A DNA stretch of 42,170 nucleotides, taken from the NCBI GenBank assembly GCA_902489375.1, contig CABTZP010000001.1:1-42170 (forward strand), written 5' to 3'. Below are positions 8,251 to 17,473 of the stretch, one piece after another. Below the pieces are notes generated by a model. It made no database searches and was not told the origin of the DNA. It was given only the letters and a program-made list of their open reading frames with translations. Every line of letters begins with the position of its first letter. The first letter of the stretch is position 1. A program made the translations under genes and the position numbers. This stretch comes from an uncultured Tissierellia bacterium (GTDB lineage Bacteria > Bacillota > Clostridia > Tissierellales > Peptoniphilaceae).

Positions 8251-8967
8251 TTAAATTAATGGGGCCTTTTTCACGCGGCCTCGTCCGCGGGGATATTCCT
8301 TTGGCGTCTCTTTTATTTTTATAATTTCGATCAGCATCCGCTGATAAGGTTCCTCTGACCAGGAAAAAATGTCTACCCGGCCCAGCTCTCCCCCAAGCAA
8401 GCTAATCGCTTTTTTTCCTTCTATAAGCTCTTCTTCTCCGGCGGGTCCTTTCATCGCAATAAAAGATCCGCCAACCCTTACGGCCGGAAGGGCATATTCC
8501 AGGAGGCTGGGAAGGGGCGCAAGGGCTCTCGAAACAGCAAGGTCAAAACTTTCCCGGTAAAGAGGGTCCTGGAAAAGATCTTCGGCCCGTCCATGAATCG
8601 CTTCTGTTCTTTCTAATTGAAGATCCTCTATTACCTGATCGAGAAAATCAACCCGCTTTTTTAAACTGTCTACCAAAGTCATCGAAAACTGAGGATTCCA
8701 AATTTTCATCGGAATTCCCGGAAATCCGCCGCCGCTTCCGATATCAACAACGGATCCTGATGAGGGAAGATCAATTAACCGAAAGACGCTTAGAGAGTCG
8801 AGAAAGTGTTTGCGATTAATTTCCTCCGGCGTCGAAATTCGGGTAATATTCATTTTCTTATTTCCTTCAATGATCCGGTCCCGGTAAAGAGCAAAGCGCT
8901 TTTCCTGGTTGGGCGTAAGGAAGAAGCCCAGGTCACGGCACTGTTCTGCAAAATCGCTATTTTTCAC
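8251..8967 (-). CDS. rsmG: 16S rRNA (guanine527-N7)-methyltransferase RsmG/GidB
   Basis: SAM-binding motif DIGSGGGFPGIP. Start refined to GTG 8967 (GGAGGG RBS 6 nt upstream); the track start at 9009 lies 53 nt inside mnmG. Confidence 0.88.
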   Translation of the reverse strand: MKNSDFAEQCRDLGFFLTPNQEKRFALYRDRIIEGNKKMNITRISTPEEINRKHFLDSLSVFRLIDLPSSGSVVDIGSGGGFPGIPMKIWNPQFSMTLVDSLKKRVDFLDQVIEDLQLERTEAIHGRAEDLFQDPLYRESFDLAVSRALAPLPSLLEYALPAVRVGGSFIAMKGPAGEEELIEGKKAISLLGGELGRVDIFSWSEEPYQRMLIEIIKIKETPKEYPRGRGRVKKAPLI

Positions 8968-10861
8968 TCTTTGCCCTCCGAACCTGCTCGAGGTAGATAA
9001 GAAGAACATTGATGTCCGCTGGAGAAACGCCGGAAATTCGGGAGGCCTGGCCTACAGATTCCGGTTTAATGGCATTTAGCTTTTGAGCCGCTTCCTTTTT
9101 AAGGCCAAAGATGGTCCGATAATCTTCGATGCTTAGCCTTCTTTCTTCCAGCTTTTTAAATTTTTCAATCTTCATCTCTTCTTTTTTAATATAACCCTCG
9201 TACTTGATCTCCGTTTCCAGCTCCACTTGAATTTCCAGAGGAAGATTAGGCCGGTCCGGATCAAGGGGAGATAGGCTCTCATAGGAAAGCTCCGGCCGCT
9301 TTAAAAGTTCCGCCAGGCTCTGTCCCTTTTTCAGGGGAGCGGATCCCTGTTTTTCCAGCCAGCCATTGACCCTTTCCGTAGGATTGATGGAAAGATCTGA
9401 AAGACGATCCCTTTCCTTTTGAAGGAGCGCTTTTTTTTGAATCATCAGCTCATAGCGCCTGGGAGAGACCAAGCCAATTTGATAGCCGAGTTCCGTTAGC
9501 CGAAGATCAGCATTATCCTGCCGAAGACTGAGCCGGTATTCACAGCGGGAGGTCATCATCCGGTAGGGTTCATTCGTTCCCTTGGTGACCAGGTCATCAA
9601 TTAAAACACCAATGTAGGCTTGACTTCGGTCTAAAATAAAGGGTTCCTTTCTGTCAATCAGGAGGGCGGCATTGATGCCCGCCATGAGTCCCTGCCCAGC
9701 TGCTTCCTCATAACCGGAAGAGCCATTGATCTGACCGGCGAAAAAAAGCCCCCGAAGCTTCATATACTCCAGGCTCCTCGATAAGGTTCTGGCATCAATG
9801 CAGTCATACTCAATCCCATAGGCGGGACGCATGATTTCCGCCTTTTCCAAGCCAGGGACGGTGCGAACGTACATCTCCTGAATTTCCAAAGGCAGGGTGG
9901 AGCTGAGTCCATCCACATAGATTTCATCGGTCGATGCCCCTTCCGGCTCGAGAAAAATCTGATGGTGTTCATGGTCTGGGAAACGGACCATCTTATCTTC
10001 AATGGAAGGGCAGTAGCGGGGGCCAACTCCGTGATCTTCTCCGGAATACATGGTCGCCCGAGTGAGATTTTCTTCGATAATCTCTCGGGTTTTCTGATTG
10101 GTATGGGTCAGGTAACAGGGAATCTGCTTTTCGGCATCATAGACCTGATCCTGATTTAAAAAGGAGAAGGGAATAATGCGCTCGTCTCCTTTTTGAATCA
10201 AGGTCTTTGAATAATCAATACTTCTCTTGTTAACCCGGGGCGGAGTTCCCGTTTTAAAGCGCATCAAGGGAAGGCCCATTTCCCGCAGACTATCCGTTAA
10301 ATAAAGAGAGGGCTTTTGCCCATGGGGACCGGAAGAATAGGTGAGTTCACCCATAAGGATTTGTCCGTTAAGAAAAGTTCCCGTGCAGACAATGACGCAT
10401 TCGCAGGGATAATAGGCTCCCTGGACGGTTTCTACCCCCAAAATTTTCTGATCGTCATGATCAATTCGTTTGACTTCGGCTTCGACCAGGGTGAGATTAT
10501 TTTCTCGTTCTATCACCCTTTTCATTTCTTCATGATAGCGCCTTTTATCCGCTTGGACCCGAAGGGAATGAATCGCCGCGCCCTTTGAAAGATTCAGCAT
10601 CCGAGACTGAAGGAAAGTCCGATCAATCGTCAGGGCCATCTGACCGCCTAAGGCGTCAATCTCCCGGACCAGGTGTCCTTTTCCCGTTCCGCCGACATTG
10701 GGATTACAGGGCATATCGGCGACAGATTCCAGGCTGATGGAAGAAAGAATTGTCTTTTTCCCTAAACGAGCCGCGGCCAGCGCGGCTTCACACCCCGCAT
10801 GACCCGCACCAATAACAAAAACGTCGACCGGGTCTTTTTTAAATGCTTTCAGCTTTTTCAT
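8957..10861 (-). CDS. mnmG: tRNA uridine 5-carboxymethylaminomethyl modification enzyme MnmG/GidA
   Basis: FAD motif VIGAGHAGCEAA. The length and conserved blocks (GTTPPR-like TGTPPRV, GQINGSSGYEEAA) fit MnmG. The likely start is ATG 10861 (MKKLKAF), just downstream of the mnmE stop. Confidence 0.93.
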   Translation of the reverse strand: MKKLKAFKKDPVDVFVIGAGHAGCEAALAAARLGKKTILSSISLESVADMPCNPNVGGTGKGHLVREIDALGGQMALTIDRTFLQSRMLNLSKGAAIHSLRVQADKRRYHEEMKRVIERENNLTLVEAEVKRIDHDDQKILGVETVQGAYYPCECVIVCTGTFLNGQILMGELTYSSGPHGQKPSLYLTDSLREMGLPLMRFKTGTPPRVNKRSIDYSKTLIQKGDERIIPFSFLNQDQVYDAEKQIPCYLTHTNQKTREIIEENLTRATMYSGEDHGVGPRYCPSIEDKMVRFPDHEHHQIFLEPEGASTDEIYVDGLSSTLPLEIQEMYVRTVPGLEKAEIMRPAYGIEYDCIDARTLSRSLEYMKLRGLFFAGQINGSSGYEEAAGQGLMAGINAALLIDRKEPFILDRSQAYIGVLIDDLVTKGTNEPYRMMTSRCEYRLSLRQDNADLRLTELGYQIGLVSPRRYELMIQKKALLQKERDRLSDLSINPTERVNGWLEKQGSAPLKKGQSLAELLKRPELSYESLSPLDPDRPNLPLEIQVELETEIKYEGYIKKEEMKIEKFKKLEERRLSIEDYRTIFGLKKEAAQKLNAIKPESVGQASRISGVSPADINVLLIYLEQVRRAKSEK

Positions 10862-10869
10862 CGCTCTTC

Positions 10870-12282
10870 CTACTTTCCTATACAAAAATCCTGGAATATT
10901 TTATTGAGCACATCTTCATTGATCTCTTCGCCTGTAATTTCCGCCAGTTTTTCATAGGCGAGAGATAGATCCACATCGCAGGCATCTAAAGGAATTCCTC
11001 TTTGCATGTCCTCCAAGGCGCTTTTTAGAAGATCCCTGGCCTCTTCCAAAAGGCGCTGGTGGCGCACATTGGTAATGGCCAGCTCCTCGCCCTCCCGGTC
11101 CGGATCGAAAAAGAGGGTTCGAATGGCGTCTTTTAGCTCTTCGAGGCCCCATTCTTCCTTGGCTGAAATGGAAATGACCGGATCGGAAGGATGGTTTTTT
11201 TTCCATTCCTGGATAAAAACATCGATGGAAGAATCTCTTTTCAGGTCGGACTTATTAACCAAAAGGATCCGAGGAATATCTTCGGCTTCTTTAAGCAAAG
11301 ACCAGTCTTCTTTGCTGAGGGTCCGTGACCCGTCGAAAAGAAGGAGGGCTAGGTCAGCCTTTTTTAAAAGATCCCGGCTTTTTTCCACCCCTATGGCCTC
11401 GACGAGGTTGTCCGTATCTCGAATCCCAGCCGTGTCAATCAGTCTTAGCTCCAAGCCGTCGATCTGATAGGATTCTTCAATGGCATCTCGGGTGGTTCCC
11501 GGAATGTCCGTGACGATGGCCCGATTATCTTCCAGGAGAGCATTTAAAAGAGAGGACTTGCCCACATTGGGTTTTCCGCAAATCACCGTCCCGATTCCTT
11601 CCCGAAGGAGCCGTCCCGTTTCTGCTCCTTTCAAAAGGCGGTCCATTTCCTCTAAAATCACTTTTCCTTTTTCAATCGTGGGGGAGAGGGGAGGATCCTC
11701 CAGGGCATCCTCCATAAAATTAATGGTATATTCAACCTGCGAAAGAAGGCGTAAAAATGAGTCCTTGAGCTTTTTCATCTTCCCGGAAAGCTTTCCGGAA
11801 AGCTGCTCTTCGGCAGCCCTTTGGGAACGGGTGGTTTTGGCGTCAATGATATCCTTGACGGCTTCCGCCTGAGTAAGGTCAATTCTCCCATTTAAAAAGG
11901 CTCTTTTGGTAAATTCTCCGGGATCCGCCAGCCGGGCGCCTTTTTGAAGAAGGAGGGAAAGAATCCTTCTTACTGCGACCCTGCCTCCGTGCGCGTTGAT
12001 TTCCACCAGATCCTCACCGGTATAGGAGTTCGGTCCGATGAAACAGGAAACCAAAACTTCATCTACGATTTCCCCTTGATTGAGGATATGTCCCATCCGT
12101 AATTTCCGGTCTTCTTCCTTTCGAAAGGGCTTTCCGGAATAGGGGCGAAAAATCATTTCGCAAATTGAAAAAGCCAAAGGACCGCTCAGGCGAATGATGC
12201 TGATTCCTGCCGGACCAAGGGCAGTGGAAATTGCAGCAATTGTATCATTTTCAACAATCCCCATGGCCTGATCTATCTGCAT
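10870..12282 (-). CDS. mnmE: tRNA modification GTPase MnmE/TrmE
   Basis: G1 motif GKPNVGKSSLLNAL, a DTAG motif, and the C-terminal CIGK tetrapeptide characteristic of MnmE. An AGGAGG RBS lies 9 nt upstream of ATG 12282. Confidence 0.93.
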   Translation of the reverse strand: MQIDQAMGIVENDTIAAISTALGPAGISIIRLSGPLAFSICEMIFRPYSGKPFRKEEDRKLRMGHILNQGEIVDEVLVSCFIGPNSYTGEDLVEINAHGGRVAVRRILSLLLQKGARLADPGEFTKRAFLNGRIDLTQAEAVKDIIDAKTTRSQRAAEEQLSGKLSGKMKKLKDSFLRLLSQVEYTINFMEDALEDPPLSPTIEKGKVILEEMDRLLKGAETGRLLREGIGTVICGKPNVGKSSLLNALLEDNRAIVTDIPGTTRDAIEESYQIDGLELRLIDTAGIRDTDNLVEAIGVEKSRDLLKKADLALLLFDGSRTLSKEDWSLLKEAEDIPRILLVNKSDLKRDSSIDVFIQEWKKNHPSDPVISISAKEEWGLEELKDAIRTLFFDPDREGEELAITNVRHQRLLEEARDLLKSALEDMQRGIPLDACDVDLSLAYEKLAEITGEEINEDVLNKIFQDFCIGK

Positions 12283-12348
12283 TTTCTCATTCCTCCTTTC
12301 CTATTTTTTTGACTATAAAGGATTCTCAAAAAGGTCCGCAATGAGAAA

Positions 12349-12386
12349 AATCGGCAGAATCCGTATCGCTACGCCTTCTGCCGATT
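12349..12386 (-). terminator. Intrinsic terminator downstream of jag
   Basis: Inverted repeat AATCGGCAGAA (12349-12359) / TTCTGCCGATT (12376-12386). On the minus strand the stem is followed by TTTTTCTCATT. Confidence 0.65.
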
Positions 12387-12445
12387 CAAAACGTATTCAA
12401 AATCATCAAAGCATTTCAAAGGCTTGCTTGTTGGCTTTCATCCAA

Positions 12446-13645
12446 CTACCCTTTATATCGGATCACTACCCGGCGGTTTGGATCCCGTCCTTCTGAAACG
12501 GTCACGATGTTCGCCATACCCTGGAGGGCTGTGTGAACAATCCGGCGCTCATAAGCATTCATGGGTTCCAGGCTCATCTTCCGATGGGTTTTTTGGACCT
12601 TTTCCGCATTTCGGCAGGCCATCTTTTCGATCTTTGCTTTTCTGCGAATCCGGTATCCGCCCACATCCACAAAAATCCGATAATGGTCACGGGTATGGTG
12701 ATTGAGGGAGACGCTTAAAAGATACTGGAGAGCATTGAGGGTCTCGCCCCGCCGTCCGATGATAATGCCTGTATCCGAATCAGAAATTTCTACAATCTCA
12801 TAATAGAGATTGCCCTCTTTTTCTGACCCTTCAAGGGCTGCCTCAATGTGCATTTCGCTAAGAATTTTTTCCAGCCATTCTTTCCCGGCGGAAAATACTT
12901 CTTCAGGCGCTAATAAATCCACCGGTTCAAGATCATCATCTTCTTCTCCCTCTTCCCTGATTTCTTCTTTCTTTGTTTCTTCCTTTTTTTCTTCTTCTTT
13001 CAGGCTTTGGCGAATGGAAGCTTCAAGAAGAGAGCCTTCTTCTTTTTCGGTTTCCTGCTCTTTTTCTTCTAGAATGGGCGCTTGCGATTCTTTAGAAAGT
13101 TCGGCCTTTAAAAGTTCGTCAATCCGTAAGGACGGTGTGCTTTCTTTTTCGGATTGATCCTCAGCTTTTTGGGAAAGGTCGGGCTGTTCTTCCTTTTTTT
13201 TCTCCTGGTCCGGCGTGAAGACGTCTTTGACACGACTTGGCTTTTTCGCTTCTTCCTCTTCTTTTTTCAAATCAATGACAGGAAGGGGAAGTTCGGTCAC
13301 ATCTTTTTCTTCCTGATTTTTTGGACCATGGGCTTCGACAATCTTCTTTGCCGGAGGAATTTTCTTTATAGGCTTTTCAATGGACTCAAAGTGGGTGGTT
13401 TTCTTTTTATGATCATCCCATTCTTTCTTTTCTTTTTCTAAGAGATCCTGGTAAGCATCATTTTTTAAAGAAAGACGAACAACCGCGTCTTTTGCTCCGA
13501 AGACGCCTAAAAAGCCCGACTTTGCTTCTGAAAGAATTTCAATTTTTACTTCATCCGGATCAACCGCTAGGGCTTTTAATCCTTCCTGAACGGCTTCTTC
13601 GACCGTTTTTCCTGATTTGACCACCGTGTTCAATTGTTTAGTCAT
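12446..13645 (-). CDS. jag: Jag/KhpB RNA-binding protein (Jag_N, KH and R3H domains) with a large E/K-rich insertion
   Basis: The N-terminus GKTVEEAVQEGLKAL matches Jag_N. The C-terminus carries a KH-like block (IIGRRGETLNALQYL) and R3H (LEPMNAYERRIVHTAL). It is 399 aa, against roughly 200 aa as I recall for typical Jag. The excess is a central K/E/D low-complexity tract. Confidence 0.85.
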   Translation of the reverse strand: MTKQLNTVVKSGKTVEEAVQEGLKALAVDPDEVKIEILSEAKSGFLGVFGAKDAVVRLSLKNDAYQDLLEKEKKEWDDHKKKTTHFESIEKPIKKIPPAKKIVEAHGPKNQEEKDVTELPLPVIDLKKEEEEAKKPSRVKDVFTPDQEKKKEEQPDLSQKAEDQSEKESTPSLRIDELLKAELSKESQAPILEEKEQETEKEEGSLLEASIRQSLKEEEKKEETKKEEIREEGEEDDDLEPVDLLAPEEVFSAGKEWLEKILSEMHIEAALEGSEKEGNLYYEIVEISDSDTGIIIGRRGETLNALQYLLSVSLNHHTRDHYRIFVDVGGYRIRRKAKIEKMACRNAEKVQKTHRKMSLEPMNAYERRIVHTALQGMANIVTVSEGRDPNRRVVIRYKG

Positions 13646-13702
13646 AGGTATTCTTCTCTTTTCCTTTTCATCTTTCGAACGTCGTCTCTTAACCGGGTTT
13701 TT

Positions 13703-14428
13703 TTAGTCTTTCTCGGGAACGCCTTCCTTTTTCTTAAGTTTAACAATCAGTGTGCTGATCCCTCGGAAAATGATTTCAAAAAGGTTGCCCACTGCCCAAT
13801 AGAGCAGAAGACCCGCTGACCATTTGATCGTAATTACATAGAACATGATCGGCATATATTTCATAAAGCTGGTCGACATCCCAGCCTGTTCCTGCTGTTT
13901 CATCTGTGGATTAAGGAAGGTAACCCCAAGCTGGGTGAACATATTAAGCAGGGGCATACCAAACCAGGCCTTTGGATCCGCCTTCGTTAAATCGGGAATC
14001 CAAAGGAAATTTTTTTGAATGCGATCAATAGCGGACGGATCCTCAAACATATATTTTCCTGGTTTTTGGATCACATAGAACAGGGCAATAATCAAGACAA
14101 ATTGGATGATCATCGGTAAGCATCCCGAACAGCCTGCCATGGTCATATTATGTTCTTTATAATATTCCTGTATTTTTTGCTGAAGAATTCGTTCGTCGTA
14201 GCTGTATTTTTCTTTAATTTTATCAAGCTCCGGCTGAAACTTCTGCATTTTTTCAGAAACCTGAGTTGATTTCCAGGTTAGGGGGATGGTGATGATTTTA
14301 CTTACCAGCGCCATCACCATCAGCGTCATTGCCAGATAAGAGACGCGGGCCGGCTCAGGCCCCAGACTCATGAAGTTCATATAAATCCACTTCATGAGAT
14401 GGCCAAAAAGTTCACTAATAAAAGACAT
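13703..14428 (-). CDS. yidC: Membrane protein insertase YidC/SpoIIIJ family
   Basis: 241-aa polytopic membrane ORF in the canonical position between yidD/rnpA and jag. Its conserved hydrophilic-groove region (PLTWKS...) fits YidC. Confidence 0.88.
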   Translation of the reverse strand: MSFISELFGHLMKWIYMNFMSLGPEPARVSYLAMTLMVMALVSKIITIPLTWKSTQVSEKMQKFQPELDKIKEKYSYDERILQQKIQEYYKEHNMTMAGCSGCLPMIIQFVLIIALFYVIQKPGKYMFEDPSAIDRIQKNFLWIPDLTKADPKAWFGMPLLNMFTQLGVTFLNPQMKQQEQAGMSTSFMKYMPIMFYVITIKWSAGLLLYWAVGNLFEIIFRGISTLIVKLKKKEGVPEKD

Positions 14429-14448
14429 CTTTACTCCAATATTCGCAA

Positions 14449-14664
14449 TTAGGGTCTAAGCGGGTCCCATCCTCCCCGAGAAAAAGGATTGCACCGTAAA
14501 ATTCTCCAGACCGTTAGGGCCAGGGCAGTGGAAAAACGATAGCGGCGGAAAGCTTCAAGGCCATAGGAAGAACAAGTGGGTTCAAAACGGCATTTTCCTG
14601 GACCCAGGAGGGGAGAAAAAAACCGCTGATAAAAAAGGATAAGAGACTGAGCAAGTTTATTCAT
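14449..14664 (-). CDS. yidD: Membrane protein insertion efficiency factor YidD
   Basis: 71 aa with [14 protein letters not shown] and [10 protein letters not shown] motifs. It overlaps the rnpA stop by 8 nt. Confidence 0.9.
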   Translation of the reverse strand: MNKLAQSLILFYQRFFSPLLGPGKCRFEPTCSSYGLEAFRRYRFSTALALTVWRILRCNPFSRGGWDPLRP

Positions 14665-15088
14665 GGGGACGTTCCTGATTCTCGCATTTTTCCCCTTCGA
14701 TCGTTTCTTCTTTTTTCTGCGCTTCTTTCGAAAGGTTTTTCTTCTGTTTCTTTTCCTTTTTTTGCTTCCAAATCTCTACACCGCGAAAAAGAGATTCTTC
14801 CAGCTCCGAATACGTCTTTCCGATAGCAGTGGGATTGGGCATGATAATAAAATCAAAACCCTGGGGAAACCGATCTTCCTGAAGACGAACGATTTCTCGC
14901 AGCTGTCTTTTTAACCGGTTCCTTGTTACGGCATTGCCTAATTTTTTGGAAAGGGAAAAGCCGTAACGATTGGTTGGCTTTCCATTTTTCCTTCCGAAAA
15001 TCGCAAATTCCTGATGATAAATCCGAAAGCCTCTGCGATAGACCCGGGTAAAATCTGAATTTCTCCTCAAGCGAAGATTTTTTTTCAT
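14657..15088 (-). CDS. rnpA: Ribonuclease P protein component with a K/E-rich C-terminal tail
   Basis: [16 protein letters not shown] and NRLKRQLRE are RnpA signatures. The likely start is ATG 15088; the alternative is GTG 15115. The last ~35 aa are a KKEKKQKK...-type tail that typical RnpA lacks. Confidence 0.88.
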   Translation of the reverse strand: MKKNLRLRRNSDFTRVYRRGFRIYHQEFAIFGRKNGKPTNRYGFSLSKKLGNAVTRNRLKRQLREIVRLQEDRFPQGFDFIIMPNPTAIGKTYSELEESLFRGVEIWKQKKEKKQKKNLSKEAQKKEETIEGEKCENQERPHE

Positions 15089-15128
15089 GATCGCCCCCCG
15101 AAAAAGAACCCTCACTGCCGGATTACTC

Positions 15129-15263
15129 TTAAGCAGAAAGTCTCTTTCTTCCTTTTCTTCTTCTCGCGCGAAGGACTCTGCGTCCCGATTTCGTTGACAT
15201 TCTCTTCATGAAGCCATGATCATGTGCTCTTTTTCTTGTATTCGGCTGATAGGTTCTTTTCAT
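15129..15263 (-). CDS. rpmH: 50S ribosomal protein L34
   Basis: [44 protein letters not shown] (44 aa) is canonical L34. The longer track ORF (to 15347) is an upstream in-frame extension. Confidence 0.95.
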   Translation of the reverse strand: MKRTYQPNTRKRAHDHGFMKRMSTKSGRRVLRARRRKGRKRLSA

Positions 15264-15460
15264 CTTTTCCTCCTCCTCGTGAACGTTCCCGTTCGTACAA
15301 AATTGACGAAAAAAAATAAACTCGACAGAACGAGCTTCCGGGAACACAGTTATCTAATTATAAAAAAATTGATTTTTTGTGTCAAGAAAGAAAAGCCCTT
15401 CTTTGGGGATATTCCTGAAAACCGGGAGGGGCTTGGGGATAATTATAGCGAAAGCATTTT

Positions 15461-15760
15461 TTATCCACCGTTTTCCTTCGCTTGTGATGAACTTTTTGCG
15501 AAATATGATAGAATAATAGAGCAACAGAGAGGAAAAGCGTTGGTTTGCCCTTAAATTATCCACATTTTGTGGACAGATTGTGAATAAACTTTCTTTTTCC
15601 CTCTGAAAACCCCGTTGAAAAGAGAAATTCTGTCCTTTTTCATGAAGAATTTGTAAAATTTTTGAAGGGGAAGAAAAGAAAAGTTTTTTTTGTGGATAAG
15701 TGGATAAAAGCGCTCATTCCCATAAAATCATTCTTTCAGAAGAGAAAAAGAAGTGGATAA
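15461..15760. promoter_or_regulatory. oriC left (dnaA-upstream) DnaA-box cluster
   Basis: Boxes found: TTATCCACC 15461-15469; perfect TTATCCACA 15556-15564; TGTGGACAG 15568-15576; TGTGAATAA 15579-15587; perfect TGTGGATAA 15691-15699; AGTGGATAA 15699-15707; AGTGGATAA 15752-15760. The cluster sits in the rpmH-dnaA intergenic region. Confidence 0.85.
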
Positions 15761-15832
15761 ATTGTTAAAAAAGGGGGAAAGTTTTTTCTTTCTTTTTCTT
15801 CCCCAGATGAAAATGAATATTAAGGAACCATC

Positions 15833-17293
15833 ATGAATGAAATGACGATGATTTGGGATGAAGTCATCTCTATGCTTAATCTCAAATTGAATAAGATCCA
15901 GCTGAAAAATTGGATTCAGCCCTTAGTCCCTCTTTACCAAGAAGAAGATCTTTTTGTTTTTGATTCCACTTCCTCTTTTATCCGTTCAATGGTCCAAAAA
16001 AATTATCAGGATAAAATTGAAGAGTGCCTTTCCTATATCTGTCAAAGACCCATTCATATGGAGATGATTGATCCTTCTTCGCCCCGATATGAGAAGGATC
16101 TCAATAAAGCTAAGCTTTTTCAAAATCAGCAAAAGGAAGAACAAAGAAAAGAAGGCTTTGAGGACTTTGATCCCCGGTCTTCTGAGCGGGAAAACGAAAG
16201 AAAAAAAAAGGACCAGCTTCGCCTTTATCAGGAAAAAAATGGTTATAAAACCTTAAATCATAAATACACCCTGGAAAATTTTGTCCGCGGTCCATCGAAT
16301 GATTTTGCTTATGCCGCAGCAAGTGCCGTAATTAATCACCCAGGAAGTCTCTATAATCCTCTATTTATTTATGGACTCTCCGGCCTTGGAAAAACTCACC
16401 TCATGCAAGCCATTGCCCATGAAATATTAAAAAAAGATCCTACAAAAACCGTTTTCTACATTACCAGCGAAAACTTTATGAATGAGATGATCGCAACAAT
16501 TGAAGACGGCTCCAATAAGGAAAAAGAGAATTTTCGAAGAAAATACCGGTCAATTGACGTTCTTTTAATCGACGATATCCAGTTTATCGCCGGAAAAAAA
16601 GCAACCATGGAAGAAATTTTCCATACTTTTAATGACCTCAAAGAGGCCAATAAGCAGATTATTCTTTCCGCCGATAAGCCGCCAAAGGAACTCAAAAATT
16701 TAGAAGAACGTTTGGTTACCCGTTTCGAAGGAGGAATGACGGTAGATATCCAGCAGCCGGATTTTGAAACCCGAGTTGCCATTTTAAATCATAAAATGAA
16801 AGAGGAATCCCTTACCCTTCCCGCCTATGTCGTTGATTACATTGCTGAAAATGTTTCAAATAATATCCGGGAACTGGAGGGGGCCTTACTGAAAGTAATC
16901 GCCTACTTTCACTTTCGGAGCCGTACCATTGACCCCCTTTCGGTAGAGGAAAATATGACTTTTACCCGGGAAGCATTAAAATTAGATGAGGAAAATCCTC
17001 CTCAAATTACGATTGAAGAGATTATGACCATCGTGACGAAGTATTATCAGCTCAGTACTGATGATTTAACCTCAAAATCCAGGACTTCCTCAATTGCCTT
17101 TCCTCGTCAAATCGCCATGTATGAGGCAAGAAAGCAAACAAATCTTTCCCTGGTTGCCATCGGCCGCTCTTTTTTCCGAGACCATACTACAGTCATGCAC
17201 GCAGTAGATAAGGTCAATGAAAAAATTGCCGAAGACCCCAAGGTCAAAAATGATATTGACACCATCGAAAGGGAATTTCAGCGAAGGGGATAA
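15833..17293 (+). CDS. dnaA: Chromosomal replication initiator protein DnaA
   Basis: AAA+ Walker A GLSGLGKTHL, a box VII region, and domain IV (AFPRQIAMYEARKQTNLSLVAIGRSFFRDHTTVMHA). Domain II is expanded by a K/E/R-rich stretch. Confidence 0.95.
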   Translation: MNEMTMIWDEVISMLNLKLNKIQLKNWIQPLVPLYQEEDLFVFDSTSSFIRSMVQKNYQDKIEECLSYICQRPIHMEMIDPSSPRYEKDLNKAKLFQNQQKEEQRKEGFEDFDPRSSERENERKKKDQLRLYQEKNGYKTLNHKYTLENFVRGPSNDFAYAAASAVINHPGSLYNPLFIYGLSGLGKTHLMQAIAHEILKKDPTKTVFYITSENFMNEMIATIEDGSNKEKENFRRKYRSIDVLLIDDIQFIAGKKATMEEIFHTFNDLKEANKQIILSADKPPKELKNLEERLVTRFEGGMTVDIQQPDFETRVAILNHKMKEESLTLPAYVVDYIAENVSNNIRELEGALLKVIAYFHFRSRTIDPLSVEENMTFTREALKLDEENPPQITIEEIMTIVTKYYQLSTDDLTSKSRTSSIAFPRQIAMYEARKQTNLSLVAIGRSFFRDHTTVMHAVDKVNEKIAEDPKVKNDIDTIEREFQRRG

Positions 17294-17394
17294 AGAAAAA
17301 GGAACGGGGATAAAAAGAAATCTTATCCACAAGATTATCCCCGGTCAAAAAGGCATAAAAAAAATCAGAAAGGGACTTTTCCACCCTATCCACC
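17286..17394. promoter_or_regulatory. oriC right (dnaA-dnaN) DnaA-box cluster
   Basis: One perfect TTATCCACA at 17323-17331. Degenerate boxes: GGGGATAA-type at 17285-17293 and 17305-17313, TTATCCCCG at 17335-17343, and tandem TTTTCCACC (17377-17385) plus CTATCCACC (17386-17394). Confidence 0.75.
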
Positions 17395-17398
17395 GTCC

Positions 17399-17435
17399 CT
17401 ACTGCTATTACTACTAAAACTTATTACTATTATGA
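17399..17435. promoter_or_regulatory. DnaA-trio array and AT-rich unwinding element (DUE)
   Basis: A short GC spacer (GTCC) follows the tandem boxes. The plus strand then reads CTA CTG CTA TTA CTA CTA (17399-17416), so the complement is 3'-GAT GAC GAT AAT GAT GAT-5'. An AT-rich tract AAAACTTATTACTATTAT follows. Confidence 0.65.
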
Positions 17436-17473
17436 TCCGCGCAAGATGAACCTTTTTTAGAAAGGATAAGCCG

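Noticed and set aside
7971-8324. Two small ORFs (76 aa minus, 70 aa plus) with repeated MFHMKH/MFHMKQ peptides
   Set aside because: The repeated peptide is simply the palindrome TGTTTCATATGAAACA translated on both strands. The region is better explained as noncoding parS-like sites.
12810-13441. Purine-rich repetitive DNA (GAAGAA/AAGAAA runs) as possible tandem repeats or a CRISPR array
   Set aside because: There is no regular repeat-spacer periodicity. The tracts are the coding sequence of K/E-rich protein linkers (here in jag) and stay in frame.
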